Assembly: GCA_004431415.1 (NCBI GenBank)
Contig: QPMI01000142.1
Span: 52,335 to 116,334 of the forward strand
DNA from: Cyanophora paradoxa CCMP329
Lineage: Eukaryota; Plantae; Glaucophyta
Length of the DNA: 64,000 bases
Direction of reading: 5' to 3'
A program made the position numbers and the translations under genes. The notes beneath the pieces are model-generated. The model saw nothing but the letters and a program-made list of their open reading frames with translations, made no database searches and was not told the DNA's origin. Below, piece after piece: positions 12,001 to 25,534 of this stretch. Numbering within the stretch: position 1 is the stretch's first letter; each line of letters opens with the position of its first letter.

Positions 12001-15000
12001 ATGCCCTGTCGGAAGGATGATAAGTAAAGAAGCTTCAAGCGCAAGTGAAGAAATGGTGGAACAGACGGACCTGGATGAAGAGGTTGATGAACCAGGTGAG
12101 GGAGTACTGGTACATGGGCTCGATGTTGGCGAGCTCGGCGATGCAGAAGAAGAGGGTCGAGGCGTGCCGCGCGACCGGCACGTAGCGCGAGCGCGTCTCG
12201 TCGATCTTCGTCTCCGTCTCCTCCGCCACCTTCTGCTTCTCGCTGATCTCGTTGGAGATGGTCTTGCTGCTCGCCAGGACCTGGATCGCCGACTCGTCCT
12301 CCAGGATGTTGCCCTGCGACGTGGAGAGCACGAGGAGGATCTTGTCCTCGATCTCCTTGAGCTGCTTCTTGTTGCTCGCGCTCTGCACGATGAGCGCGTT
12401 CTTCTCCTCCTCGAGCTCCGGGCGCTCCTTCGCGACGACGATGCCGAGCAGCTGGTCCTCCAGCCCCTCGGGCGTGATCATGAAGTTGAGGAGCGTGACC
12501 TTGGTCGCCAGCTCGGGGAGGTAGTGCGGGTTCCGCAGCTTGGTCGTGACGTAGAAGCGGAAGTCGGCGCTGTACTCGATGGTCGTGTCGCCGAGGCGGA
12601 TGCACTGCACGCCGCCCGACTTGAACGTCTGCTTCAGCAGCAGCGGCTCGAGCGCCGGGTCCAGCTCCTCGCCCACGTTCTCGAGGAGGACGGGCGTCCC
12701 GAACTGGATGGCGTTCTCGAGCGTGCGGAGGTAGTCGCCGTCCGAGAGCTTGATGACCGCCAGCTTGTTCGCCTTCTCCATGTTCTTGACCCACTTGTTC
12801 GCCTGGCCCTGGGGGTCGATCATGAGCGGCCACCTGCGCGAGCAAACGGGCGAGCGGGCGGGGTCAGGCGAGGGCCGAGCGGGAAGAGAGCGGCGAGGAG
12901 AGCGGCGGCGGCGCGCGCGCGCACCGGCGGGCGTTGGAGACCATGATGCCGTTCTCGGTGGAGAAGTTGTCGGCGGGGAGGCCCGACATCTGCCACGCGC
13001 GGATCTTGATGGGGTCGCCCAGCACCTTGACCAGCGAGAAGTGGTCGGCGCAGGGGATCTTGCGGGCCTTGCAGTGCTGCACCCACTCCTTGACGACCTG
13101 CTGCCGGAACGACGACGTGAAGGCGCCGAGGTACGCGACGACGGCCGAGGCGATGAGGACGTCGCCCGTCAGGTCGACGTACTCGGCGCCGAGCTCCTCG
13201 GCCGCCTTGGTCCAGCGGTCGCGCTCGCCGCCGAGCCCGCCGATGAGCTTCTCGGCGCGCTCGAGCTTCTTGGCGCAGAGGTCGACCTCGGCCTCGAGGT
13301 TCATCTTGCGCTGGTTCATCGCCTGGAACTGGTTGTTGAGCGCCGCCATCTTGTCCTCCACCTCCTTCAGCTGCGCCCGCTTCTTGTTGAGGCCCTCCAT
13401 CGTCACGTTGAACTCGCCCTCGGCCTTGGCCGCCGCCTCGCGCTTGGGGGCGACGACCTTGGCGACGCGGTCGTACGACTCGAGGGCGCGGACCCAGCGG
13501 CAGAGGCCCTCGGCGGCCGACGAGGCCTGCTTGACGCGGTCCGGCATGAACTCGGGGTTAGGGATGTACGTCTGCCGGATCTTCTGGATGATCGGCGCCG
13601 GGATGTTGTCCTTGTCGTACGCCTTGAGCGACTTCAGGAAGTCCGGGTCCGTCAGCATCTGAGCGGCGAGGCGACCAAGTCAATAACGGGCCGCCCCGCG
13701 AAACCGGGCAACGGAGCATCGATTTCACCTTCTTGGCCGGGTCCCAGAAGTCCTCGATCTTCTTGCCGGTGCCGGCGGGGTCGGGGATCCTGGCCGGCCC
13801 GATCCCCTTCATGACGCAGATGGCCTCCATGACGAGCTTGACGCCGGCCGGCGGGCTCTTCATGGACTTGACGAGGGTGATGTCCGCCGGCTTGAGCGTG
13901 TCGAGGGCCTCCATGGCGGCGTTGAGGATGGGGATCGCCTCCGCGAGGTCGGCGTCGCACTCGTCCTTGATCGCCTTCGCCTCGCGCGCCTTCTCGTTCG
14001 CGATCGCCTCCTCGCCCGAGACGACCTCCCGCGTCGCCGTCACCTGTCGAAAGCCCGTTAGGATGGCTGGTTTAAAACACAAAGTGTGTACTACAGAATG
14101 CGAGGAGCACCTCCTTGGTCTTCTCCTCGATGACGACCATCATCTCGGCCGTCTCCTTCTGCGCCTTCTGCAGCTCGGGCTGCAGCGCCACGAGCTGGTC
14201 CTGCATACCCTTGACCTGCACGCGCGCCCCGCCCGGTCAAGCCTCGGCGGAAATCACGCCGATTTCGGGTTGGTTGGAAGCGGACCTGGGAGGCGGTGAA
14301 GGCGAGCTTCTCGAGGCCGACCTCGTAGCGCTTCTTGAGCGTCATGACGTCGTTGCGCTTCTTGGCGAGGAGCGTCTTGAAGGTCGTGATGAGCTCCAGG
14401 TACGAGGTCGGCGTCACGTAGTTGTGGCGCTTGAGCTCGGCGAGGAACTGGGCCGAGAGCGCGCGCGTCGACTCGTGGAACTGCTTGCACATCTCGACGA
14501 CCTCGGAGCGGATGCCCTCCTCCATCTGGACCTCCTGCAGGAACTTGTTCGCGACGGCCGTGAGCGCGTCCTCGGGCCAGTCGCGGAACCAGTCGATGGT
14601 GCAGCAGTTGACGAGCGACGGGAACTGCCGCAGGCGCGTGCGGAAGGCGTCGCCGATGGGCGAGAAGCAGAGGACGACGTGCAGGTTCTGCTTGCACTGG
14701 TCCACGAAGAGCCCGTACAGCTCCGCCGGCGTCTCCATCGTCTTGTTCAGCTCCCGCGCGATCGGGCGCATCGCCTCGACGATCTGGGCGCGCTCGTCCG
14801 AGGGGTAGAGGTTGGGGACCTCGCCGGCGTTGAGGATGTTGGAGATGTCCTCCACGAACGACTCGTCCTTGATCTGCGAGTCGGTGAAGAGGAAGACGGT
14901 CTTCTTCTTCTCCGTGCCCGTCCGCCGCAGCAGCTTCTTCAGGTCGTCCCGCCACTCGATCCGCGTGTAGCTCTTGCTGATCTCGATCTGCGTCAGGTCC

Positions 15001-18000
15001 ATCTCCGCCATGTGCGCCGCCAGCCGCGTGACGGACTGCCGGCCCGAGCCGCCGACGCCGACGAGCAGGCAGTGCCCGCCGGGCGTCTTCAGCACGCGGG
15101 AGACGCGGGAGACGTGCTCGATGGCGAAGCGGAACATGACGAGGTTCATCGGCTTCTTGCTCAGCTGGTTGTACTCGTCCAGGTACGTCTCGATCACCTT
15201 GGTCAGCGCCGCCATGTCGGTGACCTCGTCGTAGCGGCGGTCGGCGGCGCCGGCGACCATGTAGTCGCCCCAGAAGAGGCTCCGCAGCTTCTCCTCGTTG
15301 ACGACGCCGTCCTTCTTCGTGTCCAGGTGCGCGCAGACCTTGTCGAAGAGGACGCCAAAGTGCTTCTGCGTCGTGTCCTTGATGGTCGTCACGAGCCACG
15401 AGCGGTCGGCGTCGTCCGTGAGGCGGTCGCAGAAGACGCGGAGGACCTCGTGCGTCCAGAGGCGGATGAGCTTCTCCGAGCCCGGCACCTGCTCGGCCTT
15501 GGCGAGGAGGACGCCCTGGATGACGCGGCTGAAGTCGCGCAGGTTGAAGAGGTAGTGCGACTTGGAGGGCGTCGGCAGCAGGTTCGCCATCGCGGCCTTG
15601 TAGACGTCGAGGGTGCCGCTGACGACGGCGCCCGTGAGGCGGTGCACCTCGGGCGCGAAGCCGTGCAGCTTGAACCACCAGTCCACGACGGTGGAGAAGA
15701 TGCGGGTGAGCGTCTCGTCGTCGAAGGCGGTGACGGAGACGAGGGGGAAGTGCCGGCTGAAGCGCGACGTGATGTTGTTGCGGCCGCCGCCGGGCGGGCC
15801 CATCGCGCAGATGAACTGGATGTCCTCCAGCTTGCGGAACGTCGTGTCCTTGCGGTCGTACCAGCCGCCGTGGTCCATCCACTGCCGCAGCAGCTCGATC
15901 GGCGGCTGCGCCGAGTAGACCTCCGGCTGCGGCATGTTCAGGTCGTCCACGAAGATGACGAACTTCTTGCCGCGCGGCGGGCCGAAGATGCCCTTGCGCC
16001 GCTTGTCCATCTTGCCGTCGATGATGTCCTGCGTCTGCGCCGCCGTCGTCTGCGCCGAGAAGTTGACGAAGATGGGGCTGAAGACGTCCTTGGGGAGCCC
16101 GTTCATCAGCTTGCTGTAGATGTACGCCGTCTTGCCCGTGCCCGTCGGCCCCACGAAGAGCGACGGGTGCCCGTGCAGCACGAGCGTCTCCAGCGCGTAC
16201 GTGTAGCGGACGGTGTCGACGGTCGGCACGATCACCTCGTGCGGCTGGGAGCCCTCCGGGGGCGACCAGGGGCGCGGGATGGTGTCCGTCCACGGCGCGA
16301 ACTTGCCCGTCGCCTTGTTGAAGAAGAAGTCGTAGACGAGGCCCTGGGAGGGGAAGAGCAGCGGCATCTTGCGGGGCGCCGGGTGGTGCGTGTTGGCGCC
16401 CGTGATGAGGGACCGGAAGAACGAGTCGAAGGCCTTGCGCCCGTCGACGTCCGTCGAGCAGCCGAGCGACCAGACGGCCGAGAAGAGGAAGAGGGCGTCG
16501 ATCCACGTGAGCGTCTCCTCGGCCTTCATCATGGCGCCCTCCTTGCCCGTCGCCTTGGCGTAGGCGGCCGGGTCCACGATCTCGTCGATGAGCGACTCGA
16601 ACATGTACATGAGCGCCCGCACGAGCTGGGCGTCCAGCGTCGGGCACGGCTCCTTCACCTCGCCCCGCACGAACTTGAGGCACGGGTTGACCAGCCAGTC
16701 GAAGAGGCTCTCGATGTTCTTGCGCGCCGCCTCGTCCAGGGCCGCGGGGAGCGTCGCGAGCCACGAGGTCTGCAGCGGCTTCCACCCCAGCTGCGAGGGC
16801 TCCATGTAGACCATGCCGCAGCGGGAGACGGTGGCCGGCGAGGCGAACGCCAGGTCGGCGACCTCGAAGATGAGGTTGAAGTTCTGGCTCATCTGGATGA
16901 TCTCGCCCGACATCAGGCACAGCTTCTTGTTGTCGTCCAGCACCGTGTTCATGTTCTCGATCCAGACGGCGTCGACGGGCCCGTCGAAGAGCATCCACTT
17001 GCGCTGCTCCGAGGTGTCGACGGAGCAGGCGCGGAACGTGTTGGCCAGCACGCCGTCCGTCCACTCGTGCGAGACGGGGTCGAACTGCCCGTAGAGCTGC
17101 CCCAGCGTGATCGACTTGGGGTTGAGCACGTGCAGCGTCACCTTGTGCTCCAGCGCCGGCTCCTTCGAGCCCAGGTCCGTCAGCGCGCCCGCCAGCACAC
17201 TGCGAACGACGGGCGGCGGCGGTCAGGCAAGGCCGAGCGGAGGGCGGGCGGGCGGGCGGGCGGGCGGGCGGGCGGACCGGTAGGCGGTGGTTTTGCCGGC
17301 GAAGGGCAGGCCGACGATCATGAGGCCGTGGCGGACGAGGATCATCTCGTAGAGCTGGATGACCTTGTTGAAGAAGGAGGGCACGGCCTGCAGGTTCATC
17401 TTCTTCGCGTTCTCCTCCATGGCGGCCATCAGGTCGGCGTAGTCGGGCTTGGGGAGGACGACGCCCGGGAAGAGGTCGCTGGTGATGCCGTCGAAGAGGG
17501 GCAGGTCGTGGGAGAGGAACTTGGGCAGGTTGACGTCGTTGATGGAGCGCAGCATGAGGATCGACTCGTCCTCCGTCGGGAAGCGCCGCTTGAGGTTGCC
17601 GGCCGCCGTCAGCACCGACTTGACGGCGCGCATGCCGTAGTCGTAATGGTCCTGCGACGAGAGCTGCTCGGAGCAGAGGCGGTACGTCGCGACGATCTTG
17701 ACGGCGAGCGCGCGGGCGTTGACGAAGCCGTAGGAGTAGAGGGAGATCTCGGCGATGAGGGCGTAGTCGGGGACCATCATCGCCACGGGGCGGAAGAGCG
17801 CCTTCAGGTTGTCGGGGAGCTCCGAGCGGCCGGCGTAGCCCGGGTTCATCGTGATGAAGACGGCGCAGGCGGTGTTGAGCGAGAGCTCCGTCCCCTCGAA
17901 CGTGAAGCGCTCCGCCTTGATGGCGATGGCGCGCTGGATCGTCAGGATCTGCTGCGCGATCACGGAGAGCACCTGCGGGCGGGCCGGGCGGGCGGCTGGG

Positions 18001-21000
18001 TCAGAGGTGGGCGGGCAGGCTGGGGCGCGGCGGAAGGAAAGACATGGCGCACCTCGAGGTCGATGCGGTTGAACTCGTCGAAGCAGGCCCAGGCGCCCGC
18101 CGAGGCCAGCCCCTTGAAGAACTTGCCCATGGCGATGTAGTCGAGGCCGTCCGAGCAGTTGAAGACGACGCACTGCTTGGCGACCGCCTTAGCGAGGTCC
18201 TTCGTCGACTCGGTCTTGCCCGTGCCGGCGGGGCCCTCCGGGGCGCCGCCGAGGTTGAGGTGCAGGGCGCCCATGAGGGTGCGGTAGCAGCGGTCCGTGA
18301 GGGGCGTGATGACGAGGCGGCCCGAGTTGCCGAGGTACTCGTAGCCATAGTTGAGCGTCGCGTTGATCATGCGGACCTTGACGTTGCCGTCCTCCCAGTA
18401 GTAGCGCAGCTGCGACGTCCACTCGAAGTCGTTCTCGTCGGAGATGCCGTCGTCGGCGAGCTGGCCGACGACGTCGCGCGCGTGCACGTCGATGACGACC
18501 AGGGCGCCCAGCGTGATGCGGCTCTGGTTCGGGAGCTCGCCGCGCACGAGGGCCACGATGTCCTCCAGCTGCGAGGTGCACTTGGCCTGGTAGGCGCGCA
18601 GGCCCTGCGAGCCGCCCTCGCGGATCGCCTCGGCGACCTCCTTCGTCCAGAAGATCTGCGAGCCGCAGAGGACGACCTGCCCGGGCCACTCCAGCACCCA
18701 CTTGGCGCGCGACGTCTGCGCCAGAGAGCGGGCGGGCGGGGGTCAGAGGAGGCGCGGCTAAAGCGGGGCGGGGCGGGGCGGGGCGCACGTTGGGGTAGCT
18801 GGCGATGGAGCGCTCGGTGATCTCGCGGATCGAGTTGCGCATCGTCTCCTCGACCTGGAGGAGCCACTTCTCGACGGCGCCGCGGGCCTCGTGCGGGCGG
18901 ATGATCGTCGAGAGCGCCACGCGCTCCTTCTCCGACGAGAACATGGCGATGACGTCGGTCCCGTCCTTGAACTCGAGGCTAGAGATGCCCTCGAAGCACT
19001 TCTTGAGGTGCGGCTGCACGCGCAGCGGGTCCTTCGTCTCCGAGAGGATCTCCAGGAGCTCGTCGTTCGAGAGGAAGAAGAAGCGGGGGAAGTAGAGGCG
19101 CTTCGTCTCCAGGTAGTCGTTGAGGCCCTTCTGGATGACGTCCAGCATCGAGTTCGCCTCCTGGAGCTTGGGGAGCAGGTTGCGGATCTGGGCGACGGCG
19201 AGGGCGTGCGGGTTCGCGATGACCTGCTTCATCGTCTCGCGCCACATCTTGTCGACGGCCTGGAACTTCTTGCCCTCCTGCGGCATCTGCTTCATGATGT
19301 CCTCGCTCCCGAAGATGGGCTCGAGGTAGAGCCAGGAGGCCTGGCACTTGAGCCAGGCGTCCAGGACGTCCTGGATGAGCGTCAGCGTCCGCTCCCACGC
19401 CTTGATCTTCTCCTCGAAGGGACGGATGAACGGCGAGCCCATCATCGTCTGCGTCTTCACGATGTGGTCCTCCAGCAGCGCCTGCGCGGCCGGCGGGCGT
19501 GAGGGGGGCAGAGCGAGGGGTTCGAGGGGGGTGAGGGGAGAGGGGGGGTACGGGGCGTAGGGGGCAATAGGAAGCAAAATGGCGGGCGCAGGGCAGGGGC
19601 GGCCTCTAGGCGGGCGGGCCCGGCGGGCTTGAGGGGGGGGGGGGGGGGGGGGCAGAGGGTTAGGGGGGTAGGCGTGACTCGTGAGGGAGGGGACAGGAAG
19701 AGGGACGGCGCAATAGGTGCGGGCAGGCCCGGAAAGAGTGAGCCGGAGGCGCGGGGGACGGGGGGCGGGCGGAGGGGGGTTGGGGGCGGAGGGGGGTAGG
19801 GGTAAGAGGGGTAGTAGCGGCGTAAGAGGTATTGCCAGCGTAAAAGGGGGTAGGGGTGGCGCAAGAGGGTTGGGCGAGCCCGGACCCCGCGGGGGGGGGG
19901 GGGGGGGGGGAAGAGGGGGAAGGCAGGGAAGGCAGGGGGTACCTGGATGTCGTCGACGGCGGAGAGGATGTGGGTGCCGGTCTCGCGGTAGGCGTGCACC
20001 GAGAACTCGATGGGCTGCCACTCGGCCTGCATCTTGTCGTACGTCTTCTCGAGGCTGTACTCCTTGGAGGCGTTGTCGGAGAGCTCCTGCAGGCGCGGCA
20101 GGTGCTGGTCCAGCTTCATCTTCAGCATCAGGTTCAGGTTCGCGCTCTCGTCCGGCCGGACTTGGAATCCGACGACGTTGGAGAGGCCCTCCCAGTGGCG
20201 CTCCCGCATGCCCGGGTTGCAGAGGACCTGGACCAGGGGCACGTACTGCCGGAACTCCTCCGCCTTCGCCTTGATGTGCTCCGCCACCGCCGCCGGCGCC
20301 GGCTTCTCCGCGAACGCCTGCGCCACGCAGCGTCAGCTCGGGGGCCCAAAGCGCGCTGGCGACGGGGCGGGGCGGGTCGCGGAGGAGCGGCGGGGTGGGG
20401 GGCGGGGAGGGAGGGTAGGGGAGAGGCGGGCCGGCGGGGGGCTAGGGGCGTATAGCGCAAGGAGGGGAGGGGTAGGCCGCCTCGGCGGGGGTAGGGACGC
20501 GAGGGTGGGCCGCCTCTGGGGGGGGGGGGGGGGGGGGGGGCGGGGGGGGTAGTCGGGGCGGAGTCGGGGCGGAGGGGCGGGGCCCGGAGAGCGTCTAGCG
20601 GAGGCGGGGGTACGCTGCCTCGGAGCGGGGTAGAGGCGTGAGGGGTAGGCCGCCTCGGGGGTGGGGGGGGAGGGGAGGGGGAGGGGGGCGACGGGGAGGG
20701 CGAGGGGGCCGGCGGGACGGGGCCCGGGAAGAAGGGGCGGGGCGGGGCGGGGAGCGGGCGGGGCGGGGAGCGGGCGGGGCAAGCGGGGCTAGGCGGGGGG
20801 CGGGGCGGACCTTGACGAGCTTGTAGGCGCTGCGGTACATCTCGCCGACGTCGCGCTCGACGCCCTCCGGGTCGAGGTTCTTGAAGGGGCCCTCCGTCCA
20901 CGCGTAGTAGTTCTTGTCGAACTCCTGCGCCAGCGTCCAGAGCTTCTCGAACGGCTCCAGGCCCTTCTTCGCGTTGTCGAGCTCCATGAAGAAGGAGCGC

Positions 21001-24000
21001 GACCAGTCGAAGAGCTCCTCCTGCTGGTTGATGTACGCCATCTGCGGGGCGGGGCGGGGCGGGGCGGGCGGTCAGAGATGTCCTCGAGGGGGCGAGCGTG
21101 GGTGCGAGCGGGGGGGAGAGAGCCGACCGTCTCGTAGGCGTTGTTGATCTGGACCTGGAGGGCGAGGAGCTTGTCGCAGTACTCGGCGAGGCGCTCGATC
21201 TCCCCGTACTCGTTGAACTCGTCCACGGCGAGGCAGATCTGAGGGGCTCGGCTAGTTAGCCTAGTCGCCGGGGTTGGGCTGGGGCGGCCGAGCGGGGTGG
21301 ACCTGCTTGATCTCCTCGACGAACTTGTCGCGGTGGCGCTTGAGGGCGTCCTCGAACTTGCCGCGCTCCGAGTGGAGCCGCGCCTCGTTCTCCTCGAGCA
21401 CGGGGGCGATCCGCCGGGGCCAGTTGAAGGCCGTCCCGTTGAGCCGGACGTCCTCCTCCGAGAAGAAGAAGTTGAAGTCGAGGAGGAAGTTGAGGCGGTG
21501 GCCGATCTCCGCGATCTCCTCGCCGAGCCGCGCCAGCTCCTTCTTCTTCGCCGCCGCGATGTACTTCTGCTGCTCGACGGTCTCCTCAGGGCTCGCCACG
21601 CTCCGCATGACCTTGGCCGAGATCGACTCGTAGGCCTCGCAGACCTGCAGGCACTGCTGCCGGTTCTCGATGCAGAGCTGCGAGAGGAGGCGGTTGGCCA
21701 GGTCCTGCGCCTTGCTCGCCAGGTGCTTGTTGAGCGCGTCGCACTGGACGAGCACGAGGTCGAGGGGGACCTCCGAGGGCAGCAGACGGACGATGTCCTC
21801 CGCGATGCGCCGGTACTTGCCGACCTCGGCCGCGTACTCCTTCAGGGAGTGCTCGGCGGAGAGGAACTCGCGGACGGCCCGCTCGCCCTCGCCGCCCAGC
21901 AGGTACAGGTACTTGTCGTAGTACTGGAGCAGCCGCGCCGGCAGCGCCGCCGCGTCCTGCACCACCGCCTTGACCCGGTTCCGAGCCTCCGCCACGTCCT
22001 GCAAGCCCGCCGTCAGCCAAGCGGCGGAAAGTATGTATAAGATCGGGCGGGGCGGGGCGGGCGGACCTGGTCGGTGACCTGGGCGACGGGGAGGTAGACG
22101 ACCTTGGAGCGGTCGACGGCGCCCGAGAGGCGCGACTCGACGCGCGGGATGCCGGCCACGGCGCTCACGAAGCGGTCGAAGACGGAGAGCACCGTCGTCT
22201 CGACCTCCTTGAACGAGGGGCGGTAGACGATGCCCTGGCCCTCCGCCTGCAGCCGCACCACGATGACGGGCGTCTGGCCCGAGAAGGAGGCCTGCGGGAC
22301 GGCCGCCTGCGCCGCCGCCACCGCCGCCACCGTCGCCTCGGCCGTCGAGGCCGGCGGCTGCGAGCTGACGCTCGAGGCGCGGTTCGCGCGGGCGCCGGCG
22401 CCGCCGTGCCCGTGCTCGCCGCCCTCCTCCTTCCCGTGGCCCTTCTCGCCCTCCTTCTCCTTCGCGTGCGCCTTGTCGTGCTTGTCGCCGCCGCCGGCGT
22501 GCGCCTTGTCGTGCTTGTCGCCGCCGGCGTGCGCCTTGTCGGCGTGGGCCTTGGCGTGCTTCTCGTGCGCCTCGTGCGCCCGCTGCGCCTCGGCCGCCGC
22601 CGCCGCCGTCACGATCGCGTCCGCCGCGAAGAACGCCGCCAGGTGCGCCTCCCGCTCCGCCATGTCGTCCGGCTGCGCGCACAAATCGGATCGGAACCGA
22701 ACGCGCCGGCCCCGCTAGCTGCCGAGCCCAGCCGCACCTTCATGGCGTAGGCGTCGAAGAACTCGACGTAGGCTCCCACGGAGGCCTCCACGACGGTCCG
22801 CACCTGGTTGGACATGAGCGTCGAGACCGCCCCGAAGTACTTCTCCAGCAGCAGCTTCTCCACCGCCTCCGGCAGCTTTCCGTCCGGCGCGTCCGGCCCC
22901 GGCTGCGGCAGCTCCATCTTGTACCCCCCGTCCTTGAAGACCTCCACCGCAGAGGGGATCCAGCTGCGCGTGCATGAGGTGGGGGAAGGAAAGGGGGGTA
23001 GGGGGCCTTTCGGCGCACTCGTTCCAGAGGGCGTCCTTGGTCTTGTCGCAGCACTCCTGCTGGCGCATCTTGAACTTCTCGAGCTCGAGGGGCAGCTTGT
23101 AGCGGAGGCGCTCGGGCGGCTCGACGAGGAGCGAGCCGGCGTAGGCCTCCCAGATGCGGAGCAGCTCCAGCATCTTGCGGGACGTCACGAAGAGCGTCGT
23201 CGCCATCTCGGCCCGCGCCACCGCCACCGAGTCGTGCCACTCGGTGGGCGACTTGGGGGCCCGCGCGCGGCCCGCCGACTCCTCGAAGGGCGCCGGCGGG
23301 GCGAGGATGTTGAGGCGGCGGCGCTCCTCGGGCGACTTGAGGACGTAGTCGACGATGGACTTCTTGACGGCGTTGTAGTAGTCCGAGCGGATCTCGGCCC
23401 GCATCGAGGCGAGCATCTCCTCCACGAGCGACTGCGGCACCGCGGAGAGCTCCTGCGGGATCAAGTCCATCACCTGCGCGCGCGCGGGGCCGTCAGAGGC
23501 GGCGGGGGCGAAGGGGCCGTCAGACAGACGAGGAGGAGGGGCACGCGCCTGCTCCATCCACTCCTCCTTCATGACCGAGACGACGTGGTCGGGGATGCCG
23601 TGCTCGATGTAGTACCAGTAGCGCTGCGCCGGGCGGGGCGGGGCGGGGCGGGGGGCGGTTCGGCCGGCGGCGGACGGGGGCGGGGCGGGGGCCGGGGAGG
23701 GGCACCTCGTCCGAGCTGTCGGGCGCATCGGCGGGCGGGGCGGCCGCGCCGCCGGGCGATGCGGGCGGGGGCGAGCCCGAGAGCACGCGCGCGCCCAGCC
23801 CGTTCCTGCGGCGGGGCCGCTCAGAAAGGCGGTCCGGCGCGGGCCGCTCGGGGGCGGGCGGGGAGGCGAAAGCGCACGTGAAGTCGACCGACTCGGAGAC
23901 GGCGCCGTCTGGGGAGACGACGCGGCGCATGCGGGGCGGGCGGGAGGCGGGGAGCCCCGCGCTGGTGCGCGCGACGTAGTCCATCGTCACGTCGCTCGCG

Positions 24001-25332
24001 AAGGGGCTGTAGAGTGCGCCGATCTTGTCCGAGAGCGCCTGGTAGGTCAGGTCCGTCCCGTACGGCGCCGCGATTGTCCGGCTGTAGGCGTTGAGCATCG
24101 GGGGGTACTTCAGCCGCTTCGTCTGCGAGGGGCCCGTCGAGAGGCTCGAGCGGACGCCCCCCATCTGCAGCGGGGAAAAGAAAGTGGGCGGCGGGAAAAG
24201 GAACGGGCGGGCTTGAGAGGGGGGCGGACCTCCTCCTCGCCCCAGCTCTTGGAGAGGGGGTCCTGGGTCGAGGCGCGCGCGGTGGCGAGCGTCGAGCCGG
24301 CCACCGAGGCCCGCACGGGCGGCAGCGCGCGCGGGCTCCCCGACGGCTGCGGCTGCGGCACGCGGTTCACCAGCGGGGAGCGCCGGAGCTGCGCGGCGGC
24401 GGCGGCGGCGGCGGGGCGTGAGCCGGGGGCGGGCGCGGCGGGCGGGCGGCCGCCGGCGGGCTCGGACGGACCCGGGCGGGGTCGTCCGGCGACTCGGGCC
24501 GGTTGAAGAAACTGAGGTCGAGGCCGCAGCTCTCGCACTCCAGCAGGCCGACGAGCATGTCGATCTGCGCCGCGCGGAGTCGGAGGAGCGGCGCGAGAGG
24601 AATGAGGCGCGCTGGCGCCCGCCGCTGCGCCGCACCTTGACGTACTGGCCGGAGCCCATCACCTCGCCGAGCTGCGGGGCGGCGGGTCAGCGGCGGCCCG
24701 AGAACGCCGTGTCCGGCGGCCCCACCTGGTGGAAGAGGTCCTTCATGGCCGCGGAGAGCGTGTAGTGGTTGAAAGAGGCGCCCGCCGCCACGCGGGACGC
24801 CCACTGCATCGAGATCCAGTTCATCTCCATCGCGTTCGAGCGGACCGGCGCCTTCGTGGTGACGCCTGCGGGGCCGCAGCCGCACTCAGCTAAGGAGCGC
24901 TCCCCTTTCCCGGGGCTTCGCACCTTTCTGGTAGATGCCGTACGCGCCGGCGAAGTTCTCCGAGAGGATGAACCTCGGCGCGCCGCGGCTCTCCGGCGGC
25001 ACACCATCCTCGGGCGGAGACTGCTCCCCGTTTGCGTCACCGGCATCTCCAGAGCGCTGCGGGTAGGGGGCGTTGGGGCGGGCCGGCGAGCTTAGCTACG
25101 CTGAGCTCCGGCAGCGGACCTGGAAGGCAATCTTCCCAAAGAGAGGGATCTGGATGGACTTCCCTCTCTCGAAACGCCGCGCTATGTACTGCAGGAGCGC
25201 GTTCCAGACTTCGGCATAGGTCTTCTCGTTCAGGTCCGCAGCGGCGGGATTGCCCTGGCTGGTGGCGCGGTGCCTAGCAGCGCAGTCCTTGAACAGATTC
25301 TCGACCGCGTAGTGCCTGCCGGCGGTCGCCAT
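9024..25332 (-). CDS. axonemal inner-arm (single-headed, DNAH3/7/12-type) dynein heavy chain, ~30 introns
   Basis: AAA1 [37 protein letters not shown]...[10 protein letters not shown]; AAA2 GLPFAGKT; AAA3 GPTGTGKT; AAA4 GVGGSGRQS; stalk/MTBD; C-terminus [20 protein letters not shown]...[18 protein letters not shown] at 25332, TAG at 9024-9026. Exons join across GT-AG and GC-AG introns. Confidence 0.97.
24470..25332 (-). other. tandem HU-CCDC81-like domains at the dynein N-terminus
   Basis: [37 protein letters not shown] resembles CCDC81 HU domain 1. [15 protein letters not shown]...MNWISM...AAMKDLFHQ|[12 protein letters not shown]|[10 protein letters not shown] resembles domain 2. Recognised by eye. 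Confidence 0.6.
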
Positions 25333-25534
25333 CGCCGCTGGAGAAGAGGGACGCGGCAGCTAGCTGCTACGCATCCCCTACTTGCCGCGAGCGGTCCTCG
25401 CAATCTACAGATGCTAAAAGTGCTACCCAGCTGCCGTTCCGATCGTCGAAGACGCTGGGAGGGCGCTTGCTGTTTCGGAGCCTATTTCGAAAATACGCGT
25501 ACCCGGGTAAGAGCAGCCTTCTTCCCGCCGCTCA

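Noticed and set aside
14115-18140. 1341-aa + strand ORF and other long overlapping ORFs
   Set aside because: Antisense or alternative-frame shadows of the GC3-rich dynein exons.
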